DNA of 64,000 nucleotides from Minisyncoccota bacterium (GTDB lineage: Bacteria; Patescibacteriota; Minisyncoccia; Minisyncoccales; GWA2-38-27), in assembly GCA_028697015.1 (NCBI GenBank), contig JAQVFW010000001.1, positions 3,603 through 67,602 on the forward strand. The letters run 5' to 3'. The notes beneath the pieces were generated by a model that saw only the letters and a list, made by a program, of their open reading frames with translations, was not told the origin of the DNA and searched no databases. The translations under genes were made by a program, and so were the position numbers. Shown here in pieces: positions 10,200 through 18,504 of the stretch; positions within the stretch are counted from its first letter, which is position 1, and each line of letters opens with the position of its first letter.

Positions 10200-10919
10200 A
10201 TGACTAAAAAAGTTGTGATTGCCGCTGCGGGAAAGGGAACAAGAATGCTTCATCTTACAAGAAACAAGTCAAAACACCTTATTAAAGTAAATAAGAAGCC
10301 TTTTCTCTCTTATTTACTTGATAATTTGCTTGAAGCGGGATATAGAGATTTTATTCTTGTTGTCGGATATAAAGAAGAGTCCATAAGAGAATTTTTAAAA
10401 GAATATAATTACAAGGCGAAGGTTGTTAATCAGTTTGAGATTTTAGGCGAAAAAGAATACGGAACAGCCTGTCCCTTAAAATGCGTCAAAGACATTATAA
10501 AAGAAGATTTTCTTTTTGTTTGCGGAGACAATCTCTATTCGGTGGAGGACTTGAAAATAATGAACGGGGACGACGGAGGATATAATTATGTCGGTGGACT
10601 TTGCCATAAAAATCCTGAAAAATACGGAGTTTTGATTTCCGGAAAAGATAACTTTTTAAAAGAAATAGTTGAAAAGCCAAAAAAGCACGTAGGAAACATG
10701 ATAAACGCCGGGATTTACAAATTAACTCCGGAAGTTTTTGAAAAAGTTCCCGAAATAAAAAAATCATCAAGAGGAGAATACGAAATAACCGATGTCATAA
10801 ACTTGCTTGCTAAAGAGAATAAAGTTAAAATAAGAGAAATAAAGGGAAGATGGCTTGATTTTGGAAATCCCGGGGATATTATTAAGGCATCTCTATTTCT
10901 GAGGAAAAAAAAGAAATAG
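10200..10919 (+). CDS. sugar-phosphate nucleotidyltransferase
   Basis: N-terminal AAGKGTRM signature of NTP-transferase (G1P thymidylyl/uridylyl-type) enzymes. Confidence 0.75.
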   Translation: MTKKVVIAAAGKGTRMLHLTRNKSKHLIKVNKKPFLSYLLDNLLEAGYRDFILVVGYKEESIREFLKEYNYKAKVVNQFEILGEKEYGTACPLKCVKDIIKEDFLFVCGDNLYSVEDLKIMNGDDGGYNYVGGLCHKNPEKYGVLISGKDNFLKEIVEKPKKHVGNMINAGIYKLTPEVFEKVPEIKKSSRGEYEITDVINLLAKENKVKIREIKGRWLDFGNPGDIIKASLFLRKKKK

Positions 10920-10924
10920 CTTTC

Positions 10925-11497
10925 ATGAATGTTCTTAAGTTGTCAAAAGGATCTTTAAATGCTGCAGTTTACGCAATAAAGAAAGGAGAAGTAATAATTT
11001 GCCCTACAGATACGGTTTACGGCCTTTTGTCCAGTACAAAGAACAAAAAAGCGGCAAATAAGATTTTTAAGATAAAATCAAGAAAAAAAGAGAAGCCCCT
11101 TCCTGTTTTTGTTGGAAGCATGAAAATGGCAAAGGAACTGGCTTTTATAACCAAAAAACAAGAAAAGTTTTTAAAGAAAAATTGGCCGGGAAAGATAACA
11201 GTAATCCTTAAAGCAAAAAAAGATTTTCCTTTATTGAGTAAGAATGGAACAATTGCCTTAAGATATCCGAATTACAAATTTATTGTTAATATAATAAGGA
11301 GAATAAAAGGCCCTTTGGCTCAGACCTCGGCAAATATTTCAGGAAAGCCGGCTCTAAATAAAGTTTCAGACATTGTAAAAACTTTTGAAAAGAAGAAAAT
11401 AAGGCCAAGCATAATAATTGATGGAGGCGATTTTAAAAAAGGAAGGCCTTCATCTATTGTTGATTTAACAAAAGATAGTATTAAAACTTTAAGATAA
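10925..11497 (+). CDS. tsaC: L-threonylcarbamoyladenylate synthase (YrdC/TsaC family)
   Basis: CPTDTVYGL and QTSANISGKP motifs of the YrdC domain. 190 aa. Confidence 0.8.
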   Translation: MNVLKLSKGSLNAAVYAIKKGEVIICPTDTVYGLLSSTKNKKAANKIFKIKSRKKEKPLPVFVGSMKMAKELAFITKKQEKFLKKNWPGKITVILKAKKDFPLLSKNGTIALRYPNYKFIVNIIRRIKGPLAQTSANISGKPALNKVSDIVKTFEKKKIRPSIIIDGGDFKKGRPSSIVDLTKDSIKTLR

Positions 11498-11502
11498 AAA
11501 CC

Positions 11503-12825
11503 ATGCCTCTTAAAAAACAAGATTCTCAAATTTATGAACTAATTGAAGAAGAGAAAAAAAGGCAGAAAGAAGGACTAGAGTTGATAGCTTCGGAAAGTTA
11601 CGCTTCTTCTGCAGTTCTTGAGTCCTTGGGAAGCGTTTTAAATAACAAATACGCTGAAAACTATCCCGGAAAAAGATATTACGGAGGATGCAGGATTGTT
11701 GATATGGTTGAAAATCTTTGTAAAGAAAGAGCAAGGGAAGTTTTCAAGGCAGATGACTATCATGTCAATGTTCAGCCGTATTCCGGTTCTCCGGCAAACC
11801 TTGCAGTATATATCGGTTTGCTTGATTTCAAAGACACGATAATGGCAATGAGATTGGATCATGGCGGACATTTAACCCACGGAAATCCCATGAATTTATC
11901 CGGAAGAGCTTTCAATTTTGTGCATTACGGGATTAATTCTGAAACTGAAACTTTGGATTATAATGAAATATTAAAATTAGCAAAACAGCATAAGCCCAAA
12001 ATTATTCTTTCCGGATTTACGGCTTATCCAAGGACAATTGATTTTAAAAAAATAGATGAAATAGCAAAAGAAGTCAAAGCAATCTCAATGGCTGATATTT
12101 CTCATATTTCCGGCCTTATAATCGGCAAAGTTCATCCTTCTCCTTTTCCTTTTACAGATGTTGTTACGACAACGACCCATAAAACTTTATGCGGTCCTCG
12201 CGGAGCGATTATACTGTGTAAAAAAGAATATGGAGAAAAAATAGACAAAGGGGTTTTCCCCGGGTTGCAAGGCGGTCCGCATGAACATGCGATAGCCGGA
12301 ATTGCGGTCGCCCTAAAACAGGCCCAAAAACCGGAATTTGAGGAATTTGCAAAACAGATTGTAAAAAATGCAAAAGTTTTGGCAGAAACTCTTATTTCTG
12401 AAAAATTAAAACTAGTTTCAAACGGCACAGATAACCATCTTATGGTTGTGGATTTAACTCCTTTTGGAAAAGGAAAGGGAGTTTTTGCCGAGAAAGCGCT
12501 AGAGACAGCCGGAATAAGCGTCAGTAAATCAACAACTCCAAATGATAAATCTGTCCCTTATTATCCCTCGGGCCTTCGTATTGGGACGCCAGCTGTTACT
12601 TCAAGAGGAATGAAAGAGAAAGAAATGGAGACAGCCGGAAAACTGATAGCAAAGGTTATAAAAGAATTTTCATCAACAAATATGCCCGACACAAAAGAAG
12701 AGAGAAATACTAAAGTAAAAGAGTTTAAAGAAGAAATAAAAAGCAGTTTATTTTTAAAAGAAGTAAAAGAAGAAGTAAAAAATCTAGCAAGTCCTTTTCC
12801 TGTTCCGGGGATAGACGATAAGTAG
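11503..12825 (+). CDS. glyA: serine hydroxymethyltransferase
   Basis: LELIASE, YPGKRYYGG and TTTTHKTLCGPRG (PLP lysine) motifs. Confidence 0.95.
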   Translation: MPLKKQDSQIYELIEEEKKRQKEGLELIASESYASSAVLESLGSVLNNKYAENYPGKRYYGGCRIVDMVENLCKERAREVFKADDYHVNVQPYSGSPANLAVYIGLLDFKDTIMAMRLDHGGHLTHGNPMNLSGRAFNFVHYGINSETETLDYNEILKLAKQHKPKIILSGFTAYPRTIDFKKIDEIAKEVKAISMADISHISGLIIGKVHPSPFPFTDVVTTTTHKTLCGPRGAIILCKKEYGEKIDKGVFPGLQGGPHEHAIAGIAVALKQAQKPEFEEFAKQIVKNAKVLAETLISEKLKLVSNGTDNHLMVVDLTPFGKGKGVFAEKALETAGISVSKSTTPNDKSVPYYPSGLRIGTPAVTSRGMKEKEMETAGKLIAKVIKEFSSTNMPDTKEERNTKVKEFKEEIKSSLFLKEVKEEVKNLASPFPVPGIDDK

Positions 12826-12860
12826 AGTTTTTTCTTTTCCTCTTTATAATTGAAAATCAG

Positions 12861-13691
12861 ATGATTTTACTTGATGGGAAAAAAATATCGGAAAAAATTT
12901 TAAACGACCTTAAAAAAACAATTGAAAAAAGAGGCCTTGGTTTAAAGTTGGCAATAGTAATTGTTGGCAATGACATGCCTTCTAAGGTTTTTATCAAAAA
13001 AAAAGAGGAGGCCTGTAAAAAAATAGGAATTGATTTTGAGCTTTATGAATTTGATAAGGATATAAAGGTTGATAGATTAAGAGAAGAGGTTGAAAAAATT
13101 TGCAAAAAATCAGAAATCAGCGGAGTTGTTATTCAGCTTCCCTTACCCTTAGAATTAAGGGCTTTTGACCAGCAAATTCTCAATCTTGTTCCTCCTTCGA
13201 AAGACATCGATATTCTTTCTGAAAAAAACCTTGGTTGTTTTTATAGCGGTTTTTTGCCGGTTATGCCTCCGGTTGTAAGCGCCGTTTTTTGTCTTCTTAA
13301 TGAATACGAAATTTCTTTAAAGGGAAAAAATATTGTTATTATAGGAGCCGGCCGACTTGTTGGACTGCCTCTTGCCGTTTCCCTTTTAAAAAAGAAAGCA
13401 ACTGTTTCCGTTTTGAATGAGTTTACGGACGATTTTAGCGGTTTTTTAAAAAAAGCGGACATTGTTATCTCCGGAGTTGGTAAGCCAGGAATTATAAAAG
13501 GAGAAGATTTAAAAAATGAAGTAATAGTCATTGATGCAGGAACTTCTTTTAAAGAAGGAAAAACTGTTGGCGATGTTGATATTGAGAGTGTTTCCAAAAA
13601 GGCAAAATATATTGCTCCTGTTCCAGGAGGAGTCGGCCCGCTTACTATTGCCTTTCTTCTTGAAAACTTGGTAAGAATTAACTTAGAGTGA
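12861..13691 (+). CDS. folD: bifunctional methylene-THF dehydrogenase/cyclohydrolase
   Basis: VQLPLP, KDID, GAGRLVG, the GVGKPG-like motif and PVPGGVGP motifs. Confidence 0.9.
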   Translation: MILLDGKKISEKILNDLKKTIEKRGLGLKLAIVIVGNDMPSKVFIKKKEEACKKIGIDFELYEFDKDIKVDRLREEVEKICKKSEISGVVIQLPLPLELRAFDQQILNLVPPSKDIDILSEKNLGCFYSGFLPVMPPVVSAVFCLLNEYEISLKGKNIVIIGAGRLVGLPLAVSLLKKKATVSVLNEFTDDFSGFLKKADIVISGVGKPGIIKGEDLKNEVIVIDAGTSFKEGKTVGDVDIESVSKKAKYIAPVPGGVGPLTIAFLLENLVRINLE

Positions 13692-13698
13692 TTTTATA

Positions 13699-14214
13699 AT
13701 GGATTATTATTTTTTTAGAATAATAAATGATCTTTCCGGAAATTCTTTTACTTTTGATTTTTTAGCCCTTTTTTTTGGAAAATACTTTGGATATTTCCTT
13801 CTTTTTCTTCTTTTCTTGTTTTTACTTAGAAATAAAAAAAGGATTTTTTTCTTTGCTCTTTCATCTGCTATACTATCAAGATTTGTTATAACTACTGTTA
13901 TAAGAAATTTTTATTACAAAGACAGGCCTTTTGTTGTCTTGGATATATTTCCCCTTATAGAGCATGCCAAAACTGCTTCTTTTCCCTCCGGTCATGCCGC
14001 TTTTTTCTTTGGCCTTGGAACGGCTGTTTTCTTAAAGAATAAAAAAATGGGAATATTCTTTTTAGCGGGTGCTTTTCTTATTTCTCTTTCCCGGATTTAT
14101 GCCGGAATTCACTGGCCTTTTGATATTATTATGGGTGCAATTGTAGGAATTTTATCTGCTTTTATTATTTTGAAAATAGAAAATTATTGCTTCTCTAAAA
14201 AAGAAAACAAATAA
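13699..14214 (+). CDS. PAP2-family phosphatase (undecaprenyl-diphosphatase-like)
   Basis: KDRPF, PSGH and SRIYAGIHWPFD acid-phosphatase motifs in a polytopic membrane protein. Confidence 0.7.
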   Translation: MDYYFFRIINDLSGNSFTFDFLALFFGKYFGYFLLFLLFLFLLRNKKRIFFFALSSAILSRFVITTVIRNFYYKDRPFVVLDIFPLIEHAKTASFPSGHAAFFFGLGTAVFLKNKKMGIFFLAGAFLISLSRIYAGIHWPFDIIMGAIVGILSAFIILKIENYCFSKKENK

Positions 14215-14230
14215 ATTGAAGAAAACAAAA

Positions 14231-14255
14231 GCCCCACTTTGAATTGTTATGGGGC
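14231..14255. terminator. bidirectional hairpin between convergent genes
   Basis: GCCCCA-n13-TGGGGC stem-loop lying between the plus-strand PAP2 gene and the minus-strand block. Confidence 0.55.
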
Positions 14256-14272
14256 GTTAACAAGAATATTTT

Positions 14273-14764
14273 TCAATCTTTTTTCTCGGGAGTATTTTCC
14301 GCTTTGATTTTGTTTGATATTTCCTGGCTTAGAAAAGGGCACTTTTCTAAAGGAATATTGCATAATCCTTCGAAAAAAGCCGTAATTTTTCCGGAAATTT
14401 TAGGTTTTTTAAATGGAAAATTTAAAATTGTTTTTCCCAGTAATCCTTCATTGAAGCTGCGAACCCATGGCTCGCAGAAAAAAAATATTGCTTGTTTTAA
14501 TATAAACCGGAGGAAAAAATCATATTCTCCATTTGCCAAACAGACCTTTTTCCCTTCTTTTTTCTTTAGGGAAAGACAGATGGGGGGGTTAGAGGTTGAA
14601 TTTATCCTTGATATTATTCTAAGAGGATTTTTATCGCTTAGCCAATAATCCGGCAGGGCTATAAATAATCTGTATTCAAATTCAATTTCTGCTATTTTCA
14701 AAAATCCTTCATAGGCAACTTTGTCCTTAATCTGCCTTACTGATTGCTCGAATGAAGCTATCAT
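14273..14764 (-). CDS. hypothetical protein
   Basis: ORF track 14273..14881, trimmed to Met40 (ATG at 14764 preceded by GGAGA) because the longer form runs into the tRNA-Leu gene. No motif recognised. Confidence 0.4.
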   Translation of the reverse strand: MIASFEQSVRQIKDKVAYEGFLKIAEIEFEYRLFIALPDYWLSDKNPLRIISRINSTSNPPICLSLKKKEGKKVCLANGEYDFFLRFILKQAIFFFCEPWVRSFNEGLLGKTILNFPFKKPKISGKITAFFEGLCNIPLEKCPFLSQEISNKIKAENTPEKKD

Positions 14765-14803
14765 TTTTTCTCCTTTTTTCAATGTACTAAATCTGTTTCC
14801 CTG

Positions 14804-14887
14804 TGCCGCGGGTGGGACTTGAACCCACACGAGATTACTCTCATACGATTTTGAGTCGTACGCGAATGCCAATTCCGCCACCGCGGC
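14804..14887 (-). tRNA. tRNA-Leu (anticodon CAA)
   Basis: The reverse complement has a 7-bp acceptor stem GCCGCGG/CCGCGGC and anticodon loop CT-CAA-AA. It also has a long variable arm (class II tRNA) and T arm GTGGG-TTCAAGT-CCCAC. CCA is not encoded. Confidence 0.9.
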
Positions 14888-14894
14888 TTGCTGA

Positions 14895-16910
14895 CTATTC
14901 TGTCATTTTTTTTTCAAAATTGCAATCTTTATTCGAACATTTAATTGTTTTTTTGTTTTTTTCCACCAGCAAGGAGTCGCATTTTGGACATTTTTCATTT
15001 ATGGGTTTATCCCAGAGAGCGAACTTGCAATCCGGATATCTATTGCAAGCATAGAATATTTTTCTCTTTCTTGTTATTTTTTCAACAATGTCTCCCTCTT
15101 TGCACTCGGGGCATTTAACTCCCAGCGATTTTTTTTCTATATTTTCTGTATGTTTGCATGAAGGGAAATTGGAGCAAGCATAAAATTTTCCGTATCTTCC
15201 TGTCTTTAAAACAATAGGAGAATTACATTTTGGGCATATTTTATCCGTTTCTTCTTCAATTGCTTCTTTTTTTGCAACTTCTTCATATTTTGTTTTCAAG
15301 TTTTTTTCGAAAGGAACATAAAAATCATTGCATACTTTTTCCCAGGATTTTTCTCCTTTGGCTATCTTATCTAAGGATTCTTCCATATTTGCCGTAAACT
15401 TAAAGTCGACTATTTCTGGAAAATGCTCAGTTAAAATGTCATTTACCGTTATTCCTATTTCTGTCGGTTCGAATTTTTTCTGCTCATTCTTCAAAATATA
15501 GTTTCTTTCCTGGACCGTTGAGATTGTTGGAGCGTAAGTTGAAGGCCTGCCGATTCCGTATTCTTCAAGCGTTTTTACTAAGCTTGCTTCATTGAATCTT
15601 GGAGGAGGCAAAGTAAAGTGCTGACTTGGAATAACCTTAATTAATTTTAGAATTTCTTCCTTTTCAAGAATAGGGAGCTCTTTTTCTTCAAATTTGACAG
15701 GATAAACCTTAAGAAATCCGTCAAATTTTAATGTCTGCCCGCTTGTTTTAAAAGTGTATTCTTTTGCCTTTATTTCGATTGAAGTGGAGTCAAAAAAAGC
15801 TTCGCTCATTTGAGAAGCCATAAACCTTTGCCAGATTAGGGAATAGAGCTTTTCTATCCTAATATCCGTCTTTTCCTTTATTTGAGGAGTTTTTTCAATT
15901 GAGGTGGGTCTTATTGCTTCATGAGCTTCTTGCCCCTTTTTTGCCTTATATCTTCTTAAAGAATGATAATTTTTGCCAAAGTTTTTTTCTATAAAATCCT
16001 TTGCCATAAGAAGCGACTGCTCTGAAAGATTCAATGAATCGGACCTGTGGTAGGTAATAAGTCCATTTTCATAAAGTTTTTGAGCAATACTCATTGTGGC
16101 TTTTGTTGATAGGCCTATTTTTTTAAAGGCCTCCTGCTGAAGAGTGCTTGTCATAAAAGGGGGCAGGGGCTTTCTTTTTGTTTCTTTTTTTTCTATTTTA
16201 CTGACTATATAATTTTCATTTTCTAATACTTTTAATATTTTTTCCGCCTCTTCTTTTGTTTTTATTTCCAATTTTTCTATTATTCTATTTTTTTCTTTGA
16301 AAAGAAAAGCGCTAAATTCCTTATTGTCTTTTTCAAAAAATGATTCAATTTGCCAATATTCCTGAGGCACAAATTTTTCGATTTCCCTTTCTCTTTCAAC
16401 AACAAGCCGTAAAATTACCGACTGAACTCTTCCTGCCGAGAGCCCTTTTGATATTTTTTTCCAAAGAAAAGGAGAGAGCTTATATCCGACAAGACGATCT
16501 AAAACTCTCCTTGCTTGCTGGGAATTTACAAGGTCCATATTTATTTCCCTTGGACTTTCCAGAGCTTTTTTTATAGCTTCTTTAGTAATTTCATGAAAAA
16601 CTATTCTTTTGGGATTTTCTAATTTTAAAGCCTCTTTAAGATGCCAGGCAATGGCTTCTCCTTCTCTGTCCTCGTCGCTGGCCAGAATTACATAATCGGT
16701 TTTTTTCATTTTTTCCTTCAATTCCTTAACTATTTTTTTTGCCTTTAAGGGAATTATATATTGAGGAGTAAAATTGTTTTCAATGTCAATTCCGAGCTTG
16801 CTTTTAGGCAAATCCCTTATGTGTCCAAAAGAAGAAGTAACCTCGTAATTTTTGAGGAATCCTTTTATTGTTTTTGATTTTGTGGGGCTTTCTACGATAA
16901 TAAGGGGCAT
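14895..16910 (-). CDS. topA: DNA topoisomerase I
   Basis: TOPRIM start LIIVESPTKSKTI, the active-site region ITYHRSDS and C-terminal CxxC zinc ribbons. 671 aa. Confidence 0.95.
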   Translation of the reverse strand: MPLIIVESPTKSKTIKGFLKNYEVTSSFGHIRDLPKSKLGIDIENNFTPQYIIPLKAKKIVKELKEKMKKTDYVILASDEDREGEAIAWHLKEALKLENPKRIVFHEITKEAIKKALESPREINMDLVNSQQARRVLDRLVGYKLSPFLWKKISKGLSAGRVQSVILRLVVEREREIEKFVPQEYWQIESFFEKDNKEFSAFLFKEKNRIIEKLEIKTKEEAEKILKVLENENYIVSKIEKKETKRKPLPPFMTSTLQQEAFKKIGLSTKATMSIAQKLYENGLITYHRSDSLNLSEQSLLMAKDFIEKNFGKNYHSLRRYKAKKGQEAHEAIRPTSIEKTPQIKEKTDIRIEKLYSLIWQRFMASQMSEAFFDSTSIEIKAKEYTFKTSGQTLKFDGFLKVYPVKFEEKELPILEKEEILKLIKVIPSQHFTLPPPRFNEASLVKTLEEYGIGRPSTYAPTISTVQERNYILKNEQKKFEPTEIGITVNDILTEHFPEIVDFKFTANMEESLDKIAKGEKSWEKVCNDFYVPFEKNLKTKYEEVAKKEAIEEETDKICPKCNSPIVLKTGRYGKFYACSNFPSCKHTENIEKKSLGVKCPECKEGDIVEKITRKRKIFYACNRYPDCKFALWDKPINEKCPKCDSLLVEKNKKTIKCSNKDCNFEKKMTE

Positions 16911-17434
16911 ATTTCTTTTTCTAGTTCTTTTACCAGTATAGAAACGGCATTGTCTATCATCTCTGCTTCTTTTTTGTTAAATTTCTTAAGGACGAATGAT
17001 TCCGCTTTTATTATTTTTTTCTCTGGCCTTATTCCTATCCTGAATCTGGTAAAATTTTTTGTCTTTATTTCTTCTATTATTGACTTTACTCCATTATGGC
17101 CGGCAGGTCCTCTTCCTTTTGCAATTTTAATTTCGCCAAGGGGAATATCTATGTCGTCATGAAAAACATAGAGCAAAGAAGGAGAGGATTTATAATAATC
17201 GATTATTTTTCTTATGGCTGTTCCTGAATTGTTCATAAATGTCTGAGGCTTGACAAGAATAGACTTTTCTCCCTTTATTATTCCTTTTGAAACCAAGGCG
17301 TTAAAGTTTTTCAAAAAAGAAAAATCAGAAAAACCATGGTCTTCTTTTATTTTATCAACTGCAAGAAATCCTACGTTGTGTCTTGTATTGATATAATTTT
17401 CTCCCGGATTTCCTAAGCCGGCTATAATAATCAT
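16892..17434 (-). CDS. pth: peptidyl-tRNA hydrolase
   Basis: ORF 16892..17629 trimmed to MIIIAGLGNPG...TRHNVGF (canonical Pth N-terminus; ATG at 17434). The upstream extension is antisense to the GC-rich unit. Overlaps the topA start by 19 nt. Confidence 0.9.
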   Translation of the reverse strand: MIIIAGLGNPGENYINTRHNVGFLAVDKIKEDHGFSDFSFLKNFNALVSKGIIKGEKSILVKPQTFMNNSGTAIRKIIDYYKSSPSLLYVFHDDIDIPLGEIKIAKGRGPAGHNGVKSIIEEIKTKNFTRFRIGIRPEKKIIKAESFVLKKFNKKEAEMIDNAVSILVKELEKEICPLLS

Positions 17435-17461
17435 TCCTTTATTATGAACAAAAAAAGCCAC

Positions 17462-17488
17462 TTGACAAGGGCCCTTAAAAAATATAAC
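17462..17488 (+). promoter_or_regulatory. putative promoter of the small GC-rich gene
   Basis: TTGACA (17462-17467) and TATAAC (17483-17488). The spacer is short (15 nt), so confidence is modest. Confidence 0.35.
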
Positions 17489-17544
17489 CTCAAACAGGTG
17501 TGTTTTGTGTTCTTTCACCCCTCTTCTTTTCCACGGAGGATAAG

Positions 17545-17778
17545 ATGACAGTGTCGATGCTAACAAGGGAGCAACACCTTTTTGTTGCTCAGCTTGCCGG
17601 GGATTATGATCCCAGGGACAGGAGGGCAATTAGCACTTTCTTGTTTCGCTTTGAAAGGAGGTTTGGCTTTAGAGTTACGCGCAAGGAAGCGCAAAATCTT
17701 CTTTCTCAGGCGCGCAGGGCGCGCGTGAAGAAAAACGTAAGGAAGAATCCGAAAAGAAGGAGGGCTGGCTCGAGGTAG
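17545..17778 (+). CDS. small (77 aa) Arg-rich basic protein with elevated GC
   Basis: ATG at 17545 lies 4 nt after GGAGGA, within ORF 17500..17778. C-terminus RRARVKKNVRKNPKRRRAGSR. The terminator follows 19 nt after the stop. 32/60 G+C at 17701-17760. Confidence 0.5.
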   Translation: MTVSMLTREQHLFVAQLAGDYDPRDRRAISTFLFRFERRFGFRVTRKEAQNLLSQARRARVKKNVRKNPKRRRAGSR

Positions 17779-17796
17779 AGCCAAGGAAAATAAAAA

Positions 17797-17827
17797 AGGG
17801 GAGGCCTTTCGGTTTCCCCGCTTTTTT
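17797..17827 (+). terminator. intrinsic terminator
   Basis: GGGGAGGCC-tttc-GGTTTCCCC (9 bp including 2 G-U pairs) followed by GCTTTTTTT. Confidence 0.8.
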
Positions 17828-17871
17828 TACAATCAAAATTTTAATGTTTTTTAAAAAGAAAAAGGGTTGCG

Positions 17872-17900
17872 CTTGTAAAAAAGAAAATTGTCCTGTATAA
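17872..17900 (+). promoter_or_regulatory. sigma70-like promoter upstream of lepB
   Basis: TTGTAA (17872-17877), 17-nt spacer, TGtTATAAT (17893-17900). Confidence 0.5.
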
Positions 17901-17946
17901 TCTAAATTGACATTGGTAGAAAATAAGAAAATAGATATTATTTTAT

Positions 17947-18495
17947 ATGGAAAACGCAAAAAAAGTTTTTTTATTTCTTTTTGAAACTGTAAAAATTATT
18001 GTTATTTCTCTTGCGATAGTTATCCCTATCAGGTATTTTTTATTCCAGCCTTTTGTTGTTCAAGGAGAATCAATGCAGCCCAGTTTTTCAACAGGGGACT
18101 ATTTGATAGTTGACCAAATCAGCTACAGATTTAAAGAACCCCAAAGAGGAGAAGTTATTATCTTGCGCTCCCCATCTGAACCTTCTCAGCGCCTTATTAA
18201 AAGAGTTATTGGTCTTCCTAGTGAAGGAGTTGAGATTAAAGAAGGCGATCTTGTGATTATAAAAGAAGGGGAAAGATTGATTTTAGAAGAAGATTATCTT
18301 TTCAACGGATCTTTAAAGGGAGATTTCTCAATTTTGCTTAACGAAAACGAATACTTTGTTTTAGGGGATAATAGGGATTTTTCTTATGATTCAAGAAGAT
18401 TTGGAGTAATTAAGAAAGAAAACATTATAGGAAGAGTTCTTTTTCGACTTTTACCGGTTTCTTCAGTTTCTAAAATTGAAGCACCCTCTTATTAA
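17947..18495 (+). CDS. lepB: signal peptidase I
   Basis: N-terminal TM, GESMQPS (catalytic Ser), RLIKRVIGLP (catalytic Lys box) and GDNRDFSYDSR. Confidence 0.9.
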   Translation: MENAKKVFLFLFETVKIIVISLAIVIPIRYFLFQPFVVQGESMQPSFSTGDYLIVDQISYRFKEPQRGEVIILRSPSEPSQRLIKRVIGLPSEGVEIKEGDLVIIKEGERLILEEDYLFNGSLKGDFSILLNENEYFVLGDNRDFSYDSRRFGVIKKENIIGRVLFRLLPVSSVSKIEAPSY

Positions 18496-18504
18496 CATAT
18501 CTTT

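Noticed and set aside
14244-14648. 134-aa plus-strand ORF.
   Set aside because: It is entirely antisense to the better-supported minus-strand ORF. It has low-complexity composition, no RBS, and starts inside the bidirectional hairpin.
14765-14881. N-terminal 39 codons of ORF 14273..14881 (minus strand).
   Set aside because: This part overlaps the tRNA-Leu(CAA) gene on the same strand. An internal ATG with a GGAGA RBS at 14764 gives a non-overlapping start.
17435-17629. 65-codon N-terminal extension of pth in the ORF track, plus minus-strand ORFs 17560..17784 and 17675..17959.
   Set aside because: Pth homology begins at MIIIAGLGNPG (ATG 17434). The extension and the other two ORFs are shadow frames of the GC-elevated plus-strand unit and its terminator.
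17490-17830. A GC-rich, roughly 340-nt promoter-to-terminator unit could be RNase P RNA, tmRNA or SRP RNA.
   Set aside because: No GAGGAAAGTCC (RNase P P4), no tRNA-like 3' end with GGTTCGAATCC/ACCA (tmRNA) and no SRP domain IV motif are present. A GGAGGA-ATG ORF fills the unit. A structured RNA cannot be fully excluded without covariance models.
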